Origin: Candidatus Hermodarchaeota archaeon
Lineage (GTDB): Archaea; Asgardarchaeota; Heimdallarchaeia; Hodarchaeales; Hodarchaeaceae
Length of the DNA: 32,000 nucleotides
NCBI GenBank assembly: GCA_048886185.1
Contig: JBHLKY010000003.1
Span: forward strand, 30,001-62,000
Direction of reading: 5' to 3'
The translations under genes were made by a program, and so were the position numbers. Below the pieces are notes generated by a model, which worked only from the letters and a program-made list of their open reading frames with translations, was not told the origin of the DNA and searched no databases. How positions within the stretch are numbered: position 1 is the stretch's first letter; the number at the start of each line of letters is the position of its first letter. Of this stretch, positions 1 through 9,331 are shown one piece after another.

Positions 1-1731
1 TTTTGGAGAGCCTCTGTTAAAATTTCTACCGTGGAAGACCCTTTATTTTTAGATTGGAAAGAAAATCCAATAAAAGACGAAAAAATCATTAATTCCTTAA
101 TTTCTAAACTGAATAGAACTGCAGAAGGAATTATCACTGATTATAATGAAGAGTCAGCAACTATCAAGCGGCCTCTTCCATTAGACACCGATACTCTTGA
201 AGCGGAATGTGCTCAGTTCTTTAGAATCAGTCCCAAACAAGTTGCAGACATTGCTGAGAAATTATATAATAATGGTCATATCACCTATCCTAGGACAGAG
301 AGCTCTTTTTATCTTGAAAAAGACCTGACTAAATTAGCAGAGAAGTTTATTTCACATGATGAGTTTGGGTCTGTTGCTAAAGAGTGCATTGAGCTGGGGG
401 GTACTAAAAATCCCAGCAAAGGGAGATTTACAAAAGATCATGAGCCAATAAAGCCAGTTAAGGCATCAAAACAACCTGAAATTGAAAAAATATTTGAAAA
501 AACACCTGCAATAGCAAATCTAGCATGGAATATCTATTCATACATTGTTTGGAGATTCTTAGCTACCGTTCACTCTGATGTGGCTATAGTGAATCAATAT
601 ATTATACTTAGTAGTGCATCTGAAGAATTCTATGCTAAGGGACGAAAAATCGTCGATTTAGGGTATTTAAGCTTCTATAAATTCAAAAGAGTAACGGGTA
701 AAGTGCTACCTCCATTAGAGAAAGGGAGTAAGCACACTATTGAAGCCTTTAAACATCAGGGTTACACAACTCCACCTCCATTATGGAGTGAATCTCAATT
801 AATCCGAGAAATGTCAGCATTAAACCTAGGAACTGATGCAACACGCTCGACTCACATTGATACTGTTCAAAAACGGATGTACACAACAAATAGAGGATCA
901 AGGAGACTGTTAGAACCTACCAGTTTAGGAATGGCGCTCTATCACATATTTACAGAAAACGCTGAAGATCTGATTCTTCCCGAAATTCGAGGGAAAGTTG
1001 AATCTTGGACCCAGCAAATCAGAGACCACGAAAAAACTCCAGAAGATGTTGATAAGCTTGTGATTGAGTTGACAACTCATAGCTTGCAGAAAATGAAGGG
1101 AAATCAGGAGGAAATTTTTTCGACTCTAGTTCAAAGCATTGAGACAATGACGGGGATTGGTAAAACTTTTGGAATTTGTCCTGAATGTCAGGGAGATCTT
1201 GTTCTCCATCAGGGAAAGGGAAGCTCACGATTCTTGAAATGCTCCAATTCTCTGTGTAAAATAAGTCTTCCCTTACCAAAAAAAGGAGATTTGTCGGCAA
1301 TCGAGGGTGAAAATTGTCGTATCTGTAACGCGACTCCTCTTTTGGTTACATCTCAATCATACAATTGGATCATGTGTCCTGTTTGTTGGACAGGAAAGGC
1401 AGTAGAAGATCATCCATGGTTTTGCACAGAGTGTACCCGAACTGATTGTCCTTTCTCTGGCTCATGGGAAACTAATTCGCCTGGACAGTCTCTAGGGAGT
1501 TGTTCTGAATGCGGAGGAGACGTTCTCTTAAAATTTGATCAACAGGATACTCAAGTAATGTGCTCCAAGTGTAACCGAACTTGGAAAGCACCCAATCTTC
1601 GTAAGGGAACAACAGTTACTCCCAGTGATCCCTGTGAGAATTGTGGGCGCCAAACATTGTTTATTGCAAAACGAGGAAAAAAACCATACCGTTTATGCGT
1701 GTTCTGCTCCCTTTTCTTTTTCCAAGAGTAG
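1..1731 (+). CDS. Type IA DNA topoisomerase (Top3-like), 5'-truncated, with multi-zinc-finger C-terminal domain
   Basis: Frame is open from base 1. Catalytic Tyr motif GHITYPRTES, DHEPIKP, LGTDAT and LEPTSLG are present, followed by a series of CxxC pairs in the last ~190 aa. Confidence 0.95.
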   Translation, partial: FWRASVKISTVEDPLFLDWKENPIKDEKIINSLISKLNRTAEGIITDYNEESATIKRPLPLDTDTLEAECAQFFRISPKQVADIAEKLYNNGHITYPRTESSFYLEKDLTKLAEKFISHDEFGSVAKECIELGGTKNPSKGRFTKDHEPIKPVKASKQPEIEKIFEKTPAIANLAWNIYSYIVWRFLATVHSDVAIVNQYIILSSASEEFYAKGRKIVDLGYLSFYKFKRVTGKVLPPLEKGSKHTIEAFKHQGYTTPPPLWSESQLIREMSALNLGTDATRSTHIDTVQKRMYTTNRGSRRLLEPTSLGMALYHIFTENAEDLILPEIRGKVESWTQQIRDHEKTPEDVDKLVIELTTHSLQKMKGNQEEIFSTLVQSIETMTGIGKTFGICPECQGDLVLHQGKGSSRFLKCSNSLCKISLPLPKKGDLSAIEGENCRICNATPLLVTSQSYNWIMCPVCWTGKAVEDHPWFCTECTRTDCPFSGSWETNSPGQSLGSCSECGGDVLLKFDQQDTQVMCSKCNRTWKAPNLRKGTTVTPSDPCENCGRQTLFIAKRGKKPYRLCVFCSLFFFQE

Positions 1732-1950
1732 TGATTACTGCATATTTCTTAGATTTTTAACCAGTCAATCAATTTTCTATATATTTTCTTCAACGAGAGG
1801 TTTATGTGTATAAAAGTATTCATAACAAGATAATCTAAAATGCCATAACTTATAAGTTATGGGAATAACATGATATAAAATACTTTAATTTATTCTTATG
1901 ATAACTTCCAACAACTTAATATGAAAAAGAGATCCTGTTTGGTGAAATAG

Positions 1951-4362
1951 ATGAGTACAGAAACCCTAGAAAAGGACCCTGCGCCATCAGCAATTCGTTA
2001 CCTTGTATTAGCAAGCGCTTTCACTTGCTTAATAACAGCTATCTCCTTTGTTCAAGCTCAAATTGGCACAAGTACTCAGGAGGAGCAATTTTACCAAGGT
2101 GCCTTTTTAGGGTTTACTCTTGTCTCAGGCGTCACCCTGATAGAATGGTTCCTTCTTAGGCGCTCACGAAAAATGATTGGACCATATGGCATAACGATTA
2201 TGCTGGAAGTTATTAAAACTGTATTATTCAGTATAGCTACAACTGAATATATTCAAACTGTTTCTGGAAGCTCTTCTGATCCCTTTTTCCTCCACCGCCT
2301 TCTTTCTCTCGGTACTCTCTTCTTACTTGCATTAACCAAGGTTGCTCGTACTAGAATTGATCAACTTGCTCAGAGGGAAATTAGCAGAAATATATTGAAC
2401 CTTTTACCCACAATTCTAATCGCTGCTTTATTCTTGGGGACGTATGTTACAGAAATTGCGGGATTAGGAACTCCAAGACAACGGAGTAGTTTTGAAGATT
2501 ATACGGACAAATACTATGATTGGGAACTATACAATACACCTACATGGGATGCTACGTATCTCCTAGAAAATCTACTGGATCAGTTTACTGCAGGAATCCA
2601 AAATCCTTACGATGTCCTATTTACTGTAAGAAGTGATAATTCAGATCCAACTTCACCTCCAGCTTATTGGCGTCTAGGTAGCCTTGGTACTTATGAATTC
2701 TTTAATAAAGGTGACGATCCCACTACAAGATGGACTTCTACAGATCCAGGTTATCGGGAATTAACTCCTAGTCCATCGGTGAATAGTTATTCGCAAAGAA
2801 TTGACGCTTCTGAGAGAGCAGCTCGTTTTACTGTCCGAGTTCCCCTAGATCATAGTGATTCTATTGCAGATGTGTCTGTGAATCCAAGCTTTGTTAATCA
2901 TCTCCCTACAACTTGGAACGGGGAGGATGGCTCTTTCGTTGACGCTGTGTCCTTTAAGCTGTATGATGCTTTAGAAAATGAGTTAACTCCCACAACAACA
3001 AAGACCCAAGAGATTTATCCTGTGAATTATGCCGCATTTAGAGATTTAAGGGGGATTTATGCCGATATCAGGGGAGTTGAGACATCTTCAGAAGAAGGGA
3101 TCCTTGAGTACACCATGGATTACAAGGATATATCTAATACTCTTTATGACGCAGCAATTTTTTCTAGAACCAAGTCTGAATACTTAAGTTGCTTGAATAA
3201 TGATCTAATAGCTTGGAACGATATAAAAGATCTCTACTTACATTTACCAAACACTTCATCAGAATTACCATCCACTGCATATGTTTCAGGCATTGGAACC
3301 ATTTCCAATCCACAAGTATACTCTGACTGGGCTCCTGAAGTAGTAGCTGCAGCCGATACCTGCACTATAGAAGGTCAGACTGTTTTCTCTCAAGCCTATG
3401 CTGAAATGTTGAGACTTGCTCCCAATTCTTACTTAAATACTCAATTGACTCAAATTCCTGGACTTGGAGTAAGTCCAGACCCCCAAGAAGATCCCGATTC
3501 TACTGGAGAATATGACCTTATATTTGACTTTGACATGTGGCTAGGAAACCAAAATCCGTTACAGCCCATGGCCCATCCAAGAGCATATGAGGATTATAAT
3601 GAATGGTTCATGGTTAATAAAAACGGTGTTTCCCTTCATTTTGCTTCACTCTTCGTTACTTTAATGCGCTTACGGGGAATTCCAAGTCGTGTAGTAATAG
3701 GTTATTTAGGAGGCCAAAATTCAGAAGATAATACCAGACGAGAAATTACTAATATGATGCTCCATGCTTGGGCAGAAGTCCTGATTCCCATCAGAGAAAT
3801 TCTTCCAGTCGAGCCTTTTATCGATAAACGAGTAGAATGGGTCAGCTTTGATCCTCTCCTTAAATTCTTGTCAGATAGACTTCAGATTGGTACTCCTCTG
3901 GACATGCCAATTCTATCACAAGTAGCGAATACTGTTTTTATTGGATCTGATGTTGACTACCAAACAATCGGACCTGAGGCTCTCCCCGCGCCATCTTATG
4001 TTACCACAAACGTTTCTGGAGTTCCTGGAGTCCCTAAGATTATTAGCTTTCAAGAAACGATTAACCTCTCTGTTCGTATAATGATGATCACTAGCCCTAC
4101 CACCTGGATGCCCTGGCAACCAGGGTGTGAGTACCTCATGACAAATGTTACATTTTATTGGGGAAACTCTCGAGATATAAACTCTGCAACACCAATCCAA
4201 GATTCCAGTATCGATGGTTCTGGTTACGCAAGCTGTATATTCCCGTATAGCATCTTTGATCATGGAGATACCGTTTGGTTCTTTGCTGAAGTCATATTTG
4301 ACGAAGGTGAACCGCAAGAGGTGGTTAAAACAACCAGATCTGTGAAACACAGTATCTCTTAA
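1951..4362 (+). CDS. Membrane-anchored transglutaminase-like (TgpA-type) domain protein; nucleophile position is Ser
   Basis: N-terminal hydrophobic helices, then GVSLHFA..LMRLRGIPSRVVIGY, HAWAEV and WVSFDP, matching the TGc core layout. Confidence 0.8.
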   Translation: MSTETLEKDPAPSAIRYLVLASAFTCLITAISFVQAQIGTSTQEEQFYQGAFLGFTLVSGVTLIEWFLLRRSRKMIGPYGITIMLEVIKTVLFSIATTEYIQTVSGSSSDPFFLHRLLSLGTLFLLALTKVARTRIDQLAQREISRNILNLLPTILIAALFLGTYVTEIAGLGTPRQRSSFEDYTDKYYDWELYNTPTWDATYLLENLLDQFTAGIQNPYDVLFTVRSDNSDPTSPPAYWRLGSLGTYEFFNKGDDPTTRWTSTDPGYRELTPSPSVNSYSQRIDASERAARFTVRVPLDHSDSIADVSVNPSFVNHLPTTWNGEDGSFVDAVSFKLYDALENELTPTTTKTQEIYPVNYAAFRDLRGIYADIRGVETSSEEGILEYTMDYKDISNTLYDAAIFSRTKSEYLSCLNNDLIAWNDIKDLYLHLPNTSSELPSTAYVSGIGTISNPQVYSDWAPEVVAAADTCTIEGQTVFSQAYAEMLRLAPNSYLNTQLTQIPGLGVSPDPQEDPDSTGEYDLIFDFDMWLGNQNPLQPMAHPRAYEDYNEWFMVNKNGVSLHFASLFVTLMRLRGIPSRVVIGYLGGQNSEDNTRREITNMMLHAWAEVLIPIREILPVEPFIDKRVEWVSFDPLLKFLSDRLQIGTPLDMPILSQVANTVFIGSDVDYQTIGPEALPAPSYVTTNVSGVPGVPKIISFQETINLSVRIMMITSPTTWMPWQPGCEYLMTNVTFYWGNSRDINSATPIQDSSIDGSGYASCIFPYSIFDHGDTVWFFAEVIFDEGEPQEVVKTTRSVKHSIS

Positions 4363-4695
4363 ATATGAGGAGGATTTTGGGCACAGTATTGAAAAAATAA
4401 GCTCTTTATGAAGGATTTAAAGAGTGAATCAACCATAGATGGCTTTTCAGGGCGATTAAACCTCATTAAGGAAATTTAATTTGGCAATTATTGAATAAAT
4501 TCCCTTATTTCTGAGTGGTCTTTTCAATGGTTTGAGTAAAACAATTGATTAAGCCCAAAAAAATAATCAAAAGAAAAATAAATAATTATAAAAAAGAAGC
4601 CTATATATCCTTTTTACTAGATAAACTCGCATTCATTACTTTTGCAAGTAGGAATGAGGAAAAATAGAACATTAATACTGGAGAATGAATTAATA

Positions 4696-5067
4696 ATGTC
4701 AAAAGACAAGATTTATGGATATGGGATCTTTTTTCTAACAATTATTTTCTTGATTCTATATACTGTTTATGTTCCTGTCCAACAATATCTGGGAAGTATG
4801 ATTGGCACCACTGAAGGGCCACTTTATAATATACTAAACTCTGTTGATGGTACTTTGAATCCTTTTCACATCACGGTGATAGATGGTTTACTCTGGCCAG
4901 TGTTTCTTGCAACTCTAATGATTGGATTCATAATTGCCTGGATTGGAATCACAATGGCTACAACCCCTCCTCCAGAGCCTATTGATCTCGATGATTTAAA
5001 TCTTGATGAGGAGGAGTTTGAGGAAGAAAAAGAAGACGATGACAACGACAACGACGATGATGATTAG
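4696..5067 (+). CDS. Small two-TM membrane protein with acidic tail, DPM2-like by motif spacing
   Basis: ATG at 4696 (MSKDKIYGYG) is preferred over the track start at 4642. Two hydrophobic helices, WIGITMATTPPP motif, D/E-rich tail. Confidence 0.7.
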   Translation: MSKDKIYGYGIFFLTIIFLILYTVYVPVQQYLGSMIGTTEGPLYNILNSVDGTLNPFHITVIDGLLWPVFLATLMIGFIIAWIGITMATTPPPEPIDLDDLNLDEEEFEEEKEDDDNDNDDDD

Positions 5068-5270
5068 CTGTTAGAATTATAGTAATCTCTTTTTCATCTT
5101 CCTTCACCTTTTTCTTTGTAATATGATATTTACTTTCAGGATATCGATTATCTTTTATCAAGTGACATCTCTCAGTTCAAATGGGTGTCAATGATTAGTT
5201 GATTAGTTTGTATTAGTCGATTTCTGTACTTTCCCGAGAAAAAGAATCCATTGGTGCCTCAGTATTTTTT

Positions 5271-6326
5271 TTATGGTATAGGATCTGAAATTCCCAATAA
5301 ATCATCAAGAAAATTAGGAAAATAAATTGCGATGAAAAACAGGAGTATAATTGTTACTCCAACTAATAAGAGCTGTTTATCAAAGAACAACCTTTCAGCT
5401 CTACGGCCTATAACATTATTGGTGGAAACGAGAAATAAATAGCGGAAAATTGCGAAAGTAAATAAGGGAAGTGCGAGTACTATGAAAACTGTTTCGTTTG
5501 GATGACGTTCTACCAAATAAATAAACACAGCCAAAAGTTCAATTGCAGTGATTGTTGCCAAACTTTGATCCAAAAGTTCGGGAGTATACATGGAAAAAAC
5601 TTCTTTATGTTTACTTGCCTTTTCCTTTAATACCGCGAAATCTCCTTTTCGTTTAGCTAAGGAAAGCATCATAGCTGTAATGAAGCAAAGAATAATAAGC
5701 CAAGGAGAAACATATACGTTAATAATTACAGCACCAGCTATTGCTCGCCAAACATAGTTTACAGAAATCATGATTGTATCAGCAAAGACAATTCGTTTTA
5801 GAAATAGAGAATAAACTTGACTAGTAACGAAGAATCCTCCTAAAACAAGAATAAACGCGGTTTTTGAGGGGATAGAAATACTTGCATGTTCTGTTATCTC
5901 TTCTTGTTCTCCTGGGTATAATGAAATCTCTTCAGTGGTGTATGGGAAGATTGGGGAGGGGGGAAGAATTATTAAGAGAATAATTATTATTAGAAACAAG
6001 GATAAAGCCACAACAACACCCAAAAAACTAGAAATTTGCCCCGAGGGGAAGGGACGATTGCATTTTTCAGGATGATAACGATCTCTTTCTCTATCCCGAA
6101 GATCATTCACAAGATAGTTTAACGAGGAAGTAAAACAAAGAATAATAAAGGCCAATAAGATTGGAAACCAAAGATCAACTCTAAACAAATTCTTAGAAAA
6201 GAATAGCCCAAAAAATATAAGAAAATTCTTGTAATACTGCTGTGGTCTTAAAACAATGGCTATTGCACTAAGACGGTCACTTAAAGTGATGTTTGATTGT
6301 TCTGGTGTTGAAGATTTAGAATTCAT
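5271..6326 (-). CDS. UbiA-family prenyltransferase, decaprenyl-phosphate phosphoribosyltransferase-like
   Basis: RPQQYYKN, NDLRDRERDRYHPEKCNRPFPSG and KRKGD motifs; multi-TM. Start may be 6326 or 6353. Confidence 0.85.
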   Translation of the reverse strand: MNSKSSTPEQSNITLSDRLSAIAIVLRPQQYYKNFLIFFGLFFSKNLFRVDLWFPILLAFIILCFTSSLNYLVNDLRDRERDRYHPEKCNRPFPSGQISSFLGVVVALSLFLIIIILLIILPPSPIFPYTTEEISLYPGEQEEITEHASISIPSKTAFILVLGGFFVTSQVYSLFLKRIVFADTIMISVNYVWRAIAGAVIINVYVSPWLIILCFITAMMLSLAKRKGDFAVLKEKASKHKEVFSMYTPELLDQSLATITAIELLAVFIYLVERHPNETVFIVLALPLFTFAIFRYLFLVSTNNVIGRRAERLFFDKQLLLVGVTIILLFFIAIYFPNFLDDLLGISDPIP

Positions 6327-6361
6327 TGAATTTTCAGCTCGTTTTCTATGCATTCTAAGAT

Positions 6362-6862
6362 TTAGCTGTTTAGATTCTCTTTATAATTTTTATAGAATTG
6401 TAAAAGCTCGAATAAAATAATCCCTGGGTCTAAATCATCTCCAATTGCTGCTAATACATTATTGACATCTAATCGTAAGGCAACGAGATAACGATTAGCT
6501 CGTCCTTCTTTAGCAACAATTCCTCTATCGTTACGTAAGATCATTTCATAAATTTCATTGTTTGAGAGTCGAATTGGCATGGGAGGCATATCGGACCGAA
6601 GAACAACAAGGAAATTGGAATTGATTAGGGCATCACCAAGAGGATTATCACCAGTCCTTTCGACTACACTTCCTTTCATCTCGAAATGAATGAGTACTTG
6701 TAATTGCAGCTCTTTTAGCATATAATTCAAAGGGTATGTTGATTTTTGTGCCATATCAATCCTCTGAACGATAGTTAAAAAGGTTGTAAAAAATGTTTTA
6801 TCAGTCATATAAGCCAAGTTTTTATCCTTTATTAAATTCAATAAATATCGCTCTGTAGCCAT
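6362..6862 (-). CDS. Hypothetical soluble protein (166 aa)
   Basis: ATG start, protein-like composition, fills the gap directly upstream of the UbiA gene on the same strand; no family recognised. Confidence 0.7.
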   Translation of the reverse strand: MATERYLLNLIKDKNLAYMTDKTFFTTFLTIVQRIDMAQKSTYPLNYMLKELQLQVLIHFEMKGSVVERTGDNPLGDALINSNFLVVLRSDMPPMPIRLSNNEIYEMILRNDRGIVAKEGRANRYLVALRLDVNNVLAAIGDDLDPGIILFELLQFYKNYKENLNS

Positions 6863-6881
6863 TATTTAGAGGAACTTTTAT

Positions 6882-7298
6882 TTGATAACACTGACATCGT
6901 TTCAAAGGTTTGAGCTGGTGTTGATTCCGAGTTCTTTTTTATTTAGTCAAATTTTAGTATTTATATTCGGATTCACAATCATTGGAAGCGAAACGTGGAT
7001 TATTATGGGAATTCCAGTACTGGTAGGTTTAAACATCAGTCTACCTATTGGGTACATTTTCCAACGAAAGAAAAAGATCACTAACTTCAAGCAGCTTGAA
7101 TCAATATTCCGATTTCTCGTTTTAATAGGAGCAGGAGGATTAATCCCACTGTTAATAGCTCAATATTTTGAACTTTTATCCATTTATTCCATCTTTTCAA
7201 TTCTGTCTTTTATTCTATCACTCTTGGGCTGTACCATGACAATTTCATGCATTCTTTTACTCTGGTATTCACGAACGATTAAAGATCCTTCAGAATAA
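6882..7298 (+). CDS. Hypothetical membrane protein (about 4 TM)
   Basis: TTG start; four hydrophobic segments; 20-nt convergent overlap with acdB. Confidence 0.5.
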   Translation: MITLTSFQRFELVLIPSSFLFSQILVFIFGFTIIGSETWIIMGIPVLVGLNISLPIGYIFQRKKKITNFKQLESIFRFLVLIGAGGLIPLLIAQYFELLSIYSIFSILSFILSLLGCTMTISCILLLWYSRTIKDPSE

Positions 7299-7977
7299 TC
7301 CGTGCATCCACAACCGATACACCATTCTCTGTAGCGAAAACTGGATTTAAATCCAGTTCTTTGATCTCAGGGTGACTATCAATAAAGTTAGAGGTTTTCA
7401 TCAAGAGATCGACTAATGATTTTTTGTCTACAGGTGGCTGACCACGAATTCCATCTAATATTTTCGCTGCTTTAATTTCAGAAAGCATCTCTGTTGCATC
7501 CTCTCGTTGAACGGGAATTAGTCGAAAAACCACGTCTTTTAAGATCTCAACATAAATTCCTCCCAGACCAAATGCTAATATCGGCCCGAACATAGGATCT
7601 AAAGTCGAGCCAACTAAGAGTTCAATACCAGATTCCATTTTTTCTACAATATATCCATCTATTTGTGCATCAGGGATTTTCTGGGCGATTTTTTGTTCCA
7701 TGATCGCATATTGCTCCTTAAGGTCCTGAATATTACGGATTCCAGTAACAACACCCCCAAAATCTGATTTATGGATAATATTTTGAGAACTGACCTTAAG
7801 CACTACTGGAAATCCAATTTTTTCAGCTTCAGCTAGAACCTCATCTAAATTAGTTCCAAAACCTGTCGGATTCACAGGAAAATCTTCTTGTAATAGTATT
7901 TTCTTGGATTCCTGAACAGTTAGAACTGTTCTTTTTTGCTGTATTGCATTTTTTATTAATTGTTGAGCTTCAGACAC
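7279..7977 (-). CDS. acdB: Acetate--CoA ligase (ADP-forming) beta subunit, ATP-grasp
   Basis: GFPVVLKV, HKSDFGG, ELLVG, DPMFGPILAFGLGGIYVE and ELDLNPV motifs. Confidence 0.92.
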   Translation of the reverse strand: MSEAQQLIKNAIQQKRTVLTVQESKKILLQEDFPVNPTGFGTNLDEVLAEAEKIGFPVVLKVSSQNIIHKSDFGGVVTGIRNIQDLKEQYAIMEQKIAQKIPDAQIDGYIVEKMESGIELLVGSTLDPMFGPILAFGLGGIYVEILKDVVFRLIPVQREDATEMLSEIKAAKILDGIRGQPPVDKKSLVDLLMKTSNFIDSHPEIKELDLNPVFATENGVSVVDARIILKDL

Positions 7978-8084
7978 CCTAATACCATCTCTTCATCAAA
8001 TTTATCTGCATGATAAATAAAAATGAGCTCTAAATTGACAACTTACAACACATTATCTCTCCACTTAAAAATTCCGACTAATCA

Positions 8085-8987
8085 CTAATCTAAAGGTAAG
8101 GACTTTCTCATGATCTTGGTTACTCCGTTAACACGAATTCCATCTTGACTTTTTCCTTTCAGTATTGTTATAAATTCAGTTCCTCCTTCTACCATTTCAC
8201 AATGATCGGAAACGATAGCGTAAATTGCTGCCTGAGTTCCCAAACTACCTACACCTGCTAGAATGAGAACCCAGAAGTTAGGTGCCTCAGGATTCTTAAA
8301 TAATGTTACTAAACCATGTGTAGGATGGGGAAAAACTTCAGTATCGCTTCTTATTTGACTCTCACTAAAATAAATATTAAACTTTGATTTTAGAAAAGAA
8401 TTGTAATGCGCGGTGAGGGTATTGGTGATATGCCCTCCGATTAATATCAAATTAGTTTTTTTCTTCCCATTACCTTTTTCATGGTTCAAATCTGTACTGA
8501 TATAACGGGGTACAACGCCTCTTTGCATTGGGAGGTGATTTCCTAAATACCAACAGAGCTCTCCGGTGAGAAAACCGTCACGTGAGATTGCATCATATCT
8601 ACCGTGTGGTTGAGCACTTCCAACAACAATTTTACCGATGAATTTTTGACGTTTACAAAAAGCTTTTAGAAATATTTCATTAAATACTGATTTATCGCTA
8701 TTAGAGTTGTGTTTTGACAGGGATAATATGAAATGGTTTGCTATAGGCTTGAAAAGTTTTGCTCGTCCTCTTTTTATCGATTTAACTCCGATAGGAACAA
8801 GTAAACCTGCATCACGCAATTGAGTCATGTGATAATGGACTTTTTGCTCTGAAAGCTTTAAGATTTTTGCAATAGTTTTTGCATACAGGGTTTCATCGGT
8901 AGATAATAGTTCCATGATTTGCCATCGTATATTGTGAGCTAAAGTATGCGCTATTTTGGGTGATATTTTATGAGCATTCCGTATCAA
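8085..8987 (-). CDS. ArsR/HTH_20-type transcriptional regulator with C-terminal alpha/beta domain
   Basis: N-terminal wHTH (RWQIMELL..AKILKLSEQKVHYHMTQLRDAGLL); C-terminal IVVGSAQPHG and NLILIGGHITN motifs. Confidence 0.75.
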   Translation of the reverse strand: MIRNAHKISPKIAHTLAHNIRWQIMELLSTDETLYAKTIAKILKLSEQKVHYHMTQLRDAGLLVPIGVKSIKRGRAKLFKPIANHFILSLSKHNSNSDKSVFNEIFLKAFCKRQKFIGKIVVGSAQPHGRYDAISRDGFLTGELCWYLGNHLPMQRGVVPRYISTDLNHEKGNGKKKTNLILIGGHITNTLTAHYNSFLKSKFNIYFSESQIRSDTEVFPHPTHGLVTLFKNPEAPNFWVLILAGVGSLGTQAAIYAIVSDHCEMVEGGTEFITILKGKSQDGIRVNGVTKIMRKSLPLD

Positions 8988-9331
8988 TCAAATTTCATCC
9001 CCTAGGGAGATATTTATGAGATTTTGAGCCAGTTTAGATTCTTCAAATTATCACTGATCCAAAAATAACTAGATCAGTGGGATCTAAAGTTTAGTCTTGA
9101 TACCTTATTCTTTAATTAAAAATGATTTGTATAAGGAAAGGACTTGTAAAGTATATTCTTACCTCTTTGGAAGCTTTTTTCTACATCCTCCTAAATGAAG
9201 TTTTATGAATACTTCAAGAAAAGCTAAAGCGAAAACATTTAAATCCTTTCGTATGGGTATAATATGTTTTCACTATTCTTTTAATTATCAACCTTTCTAT
9301 CCAAACGAAAACCAGGGCTGAAGCAGAGAAA

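Noticed and set aside
3916-4350. 144-aa minus-strand ORF
   Set aside because: Entirely antisense to the transglutaminase-like gene, with no motif.
4866-5161. Ser-rich and Arg/His/Cys-rich minus-strand ORFs, and GAY/GAR triplet run
   Set aside because: Antisense shadows of the acidic tail of the 4696-5067 protein; low-complexity coding sequence, not a separate repeat element.
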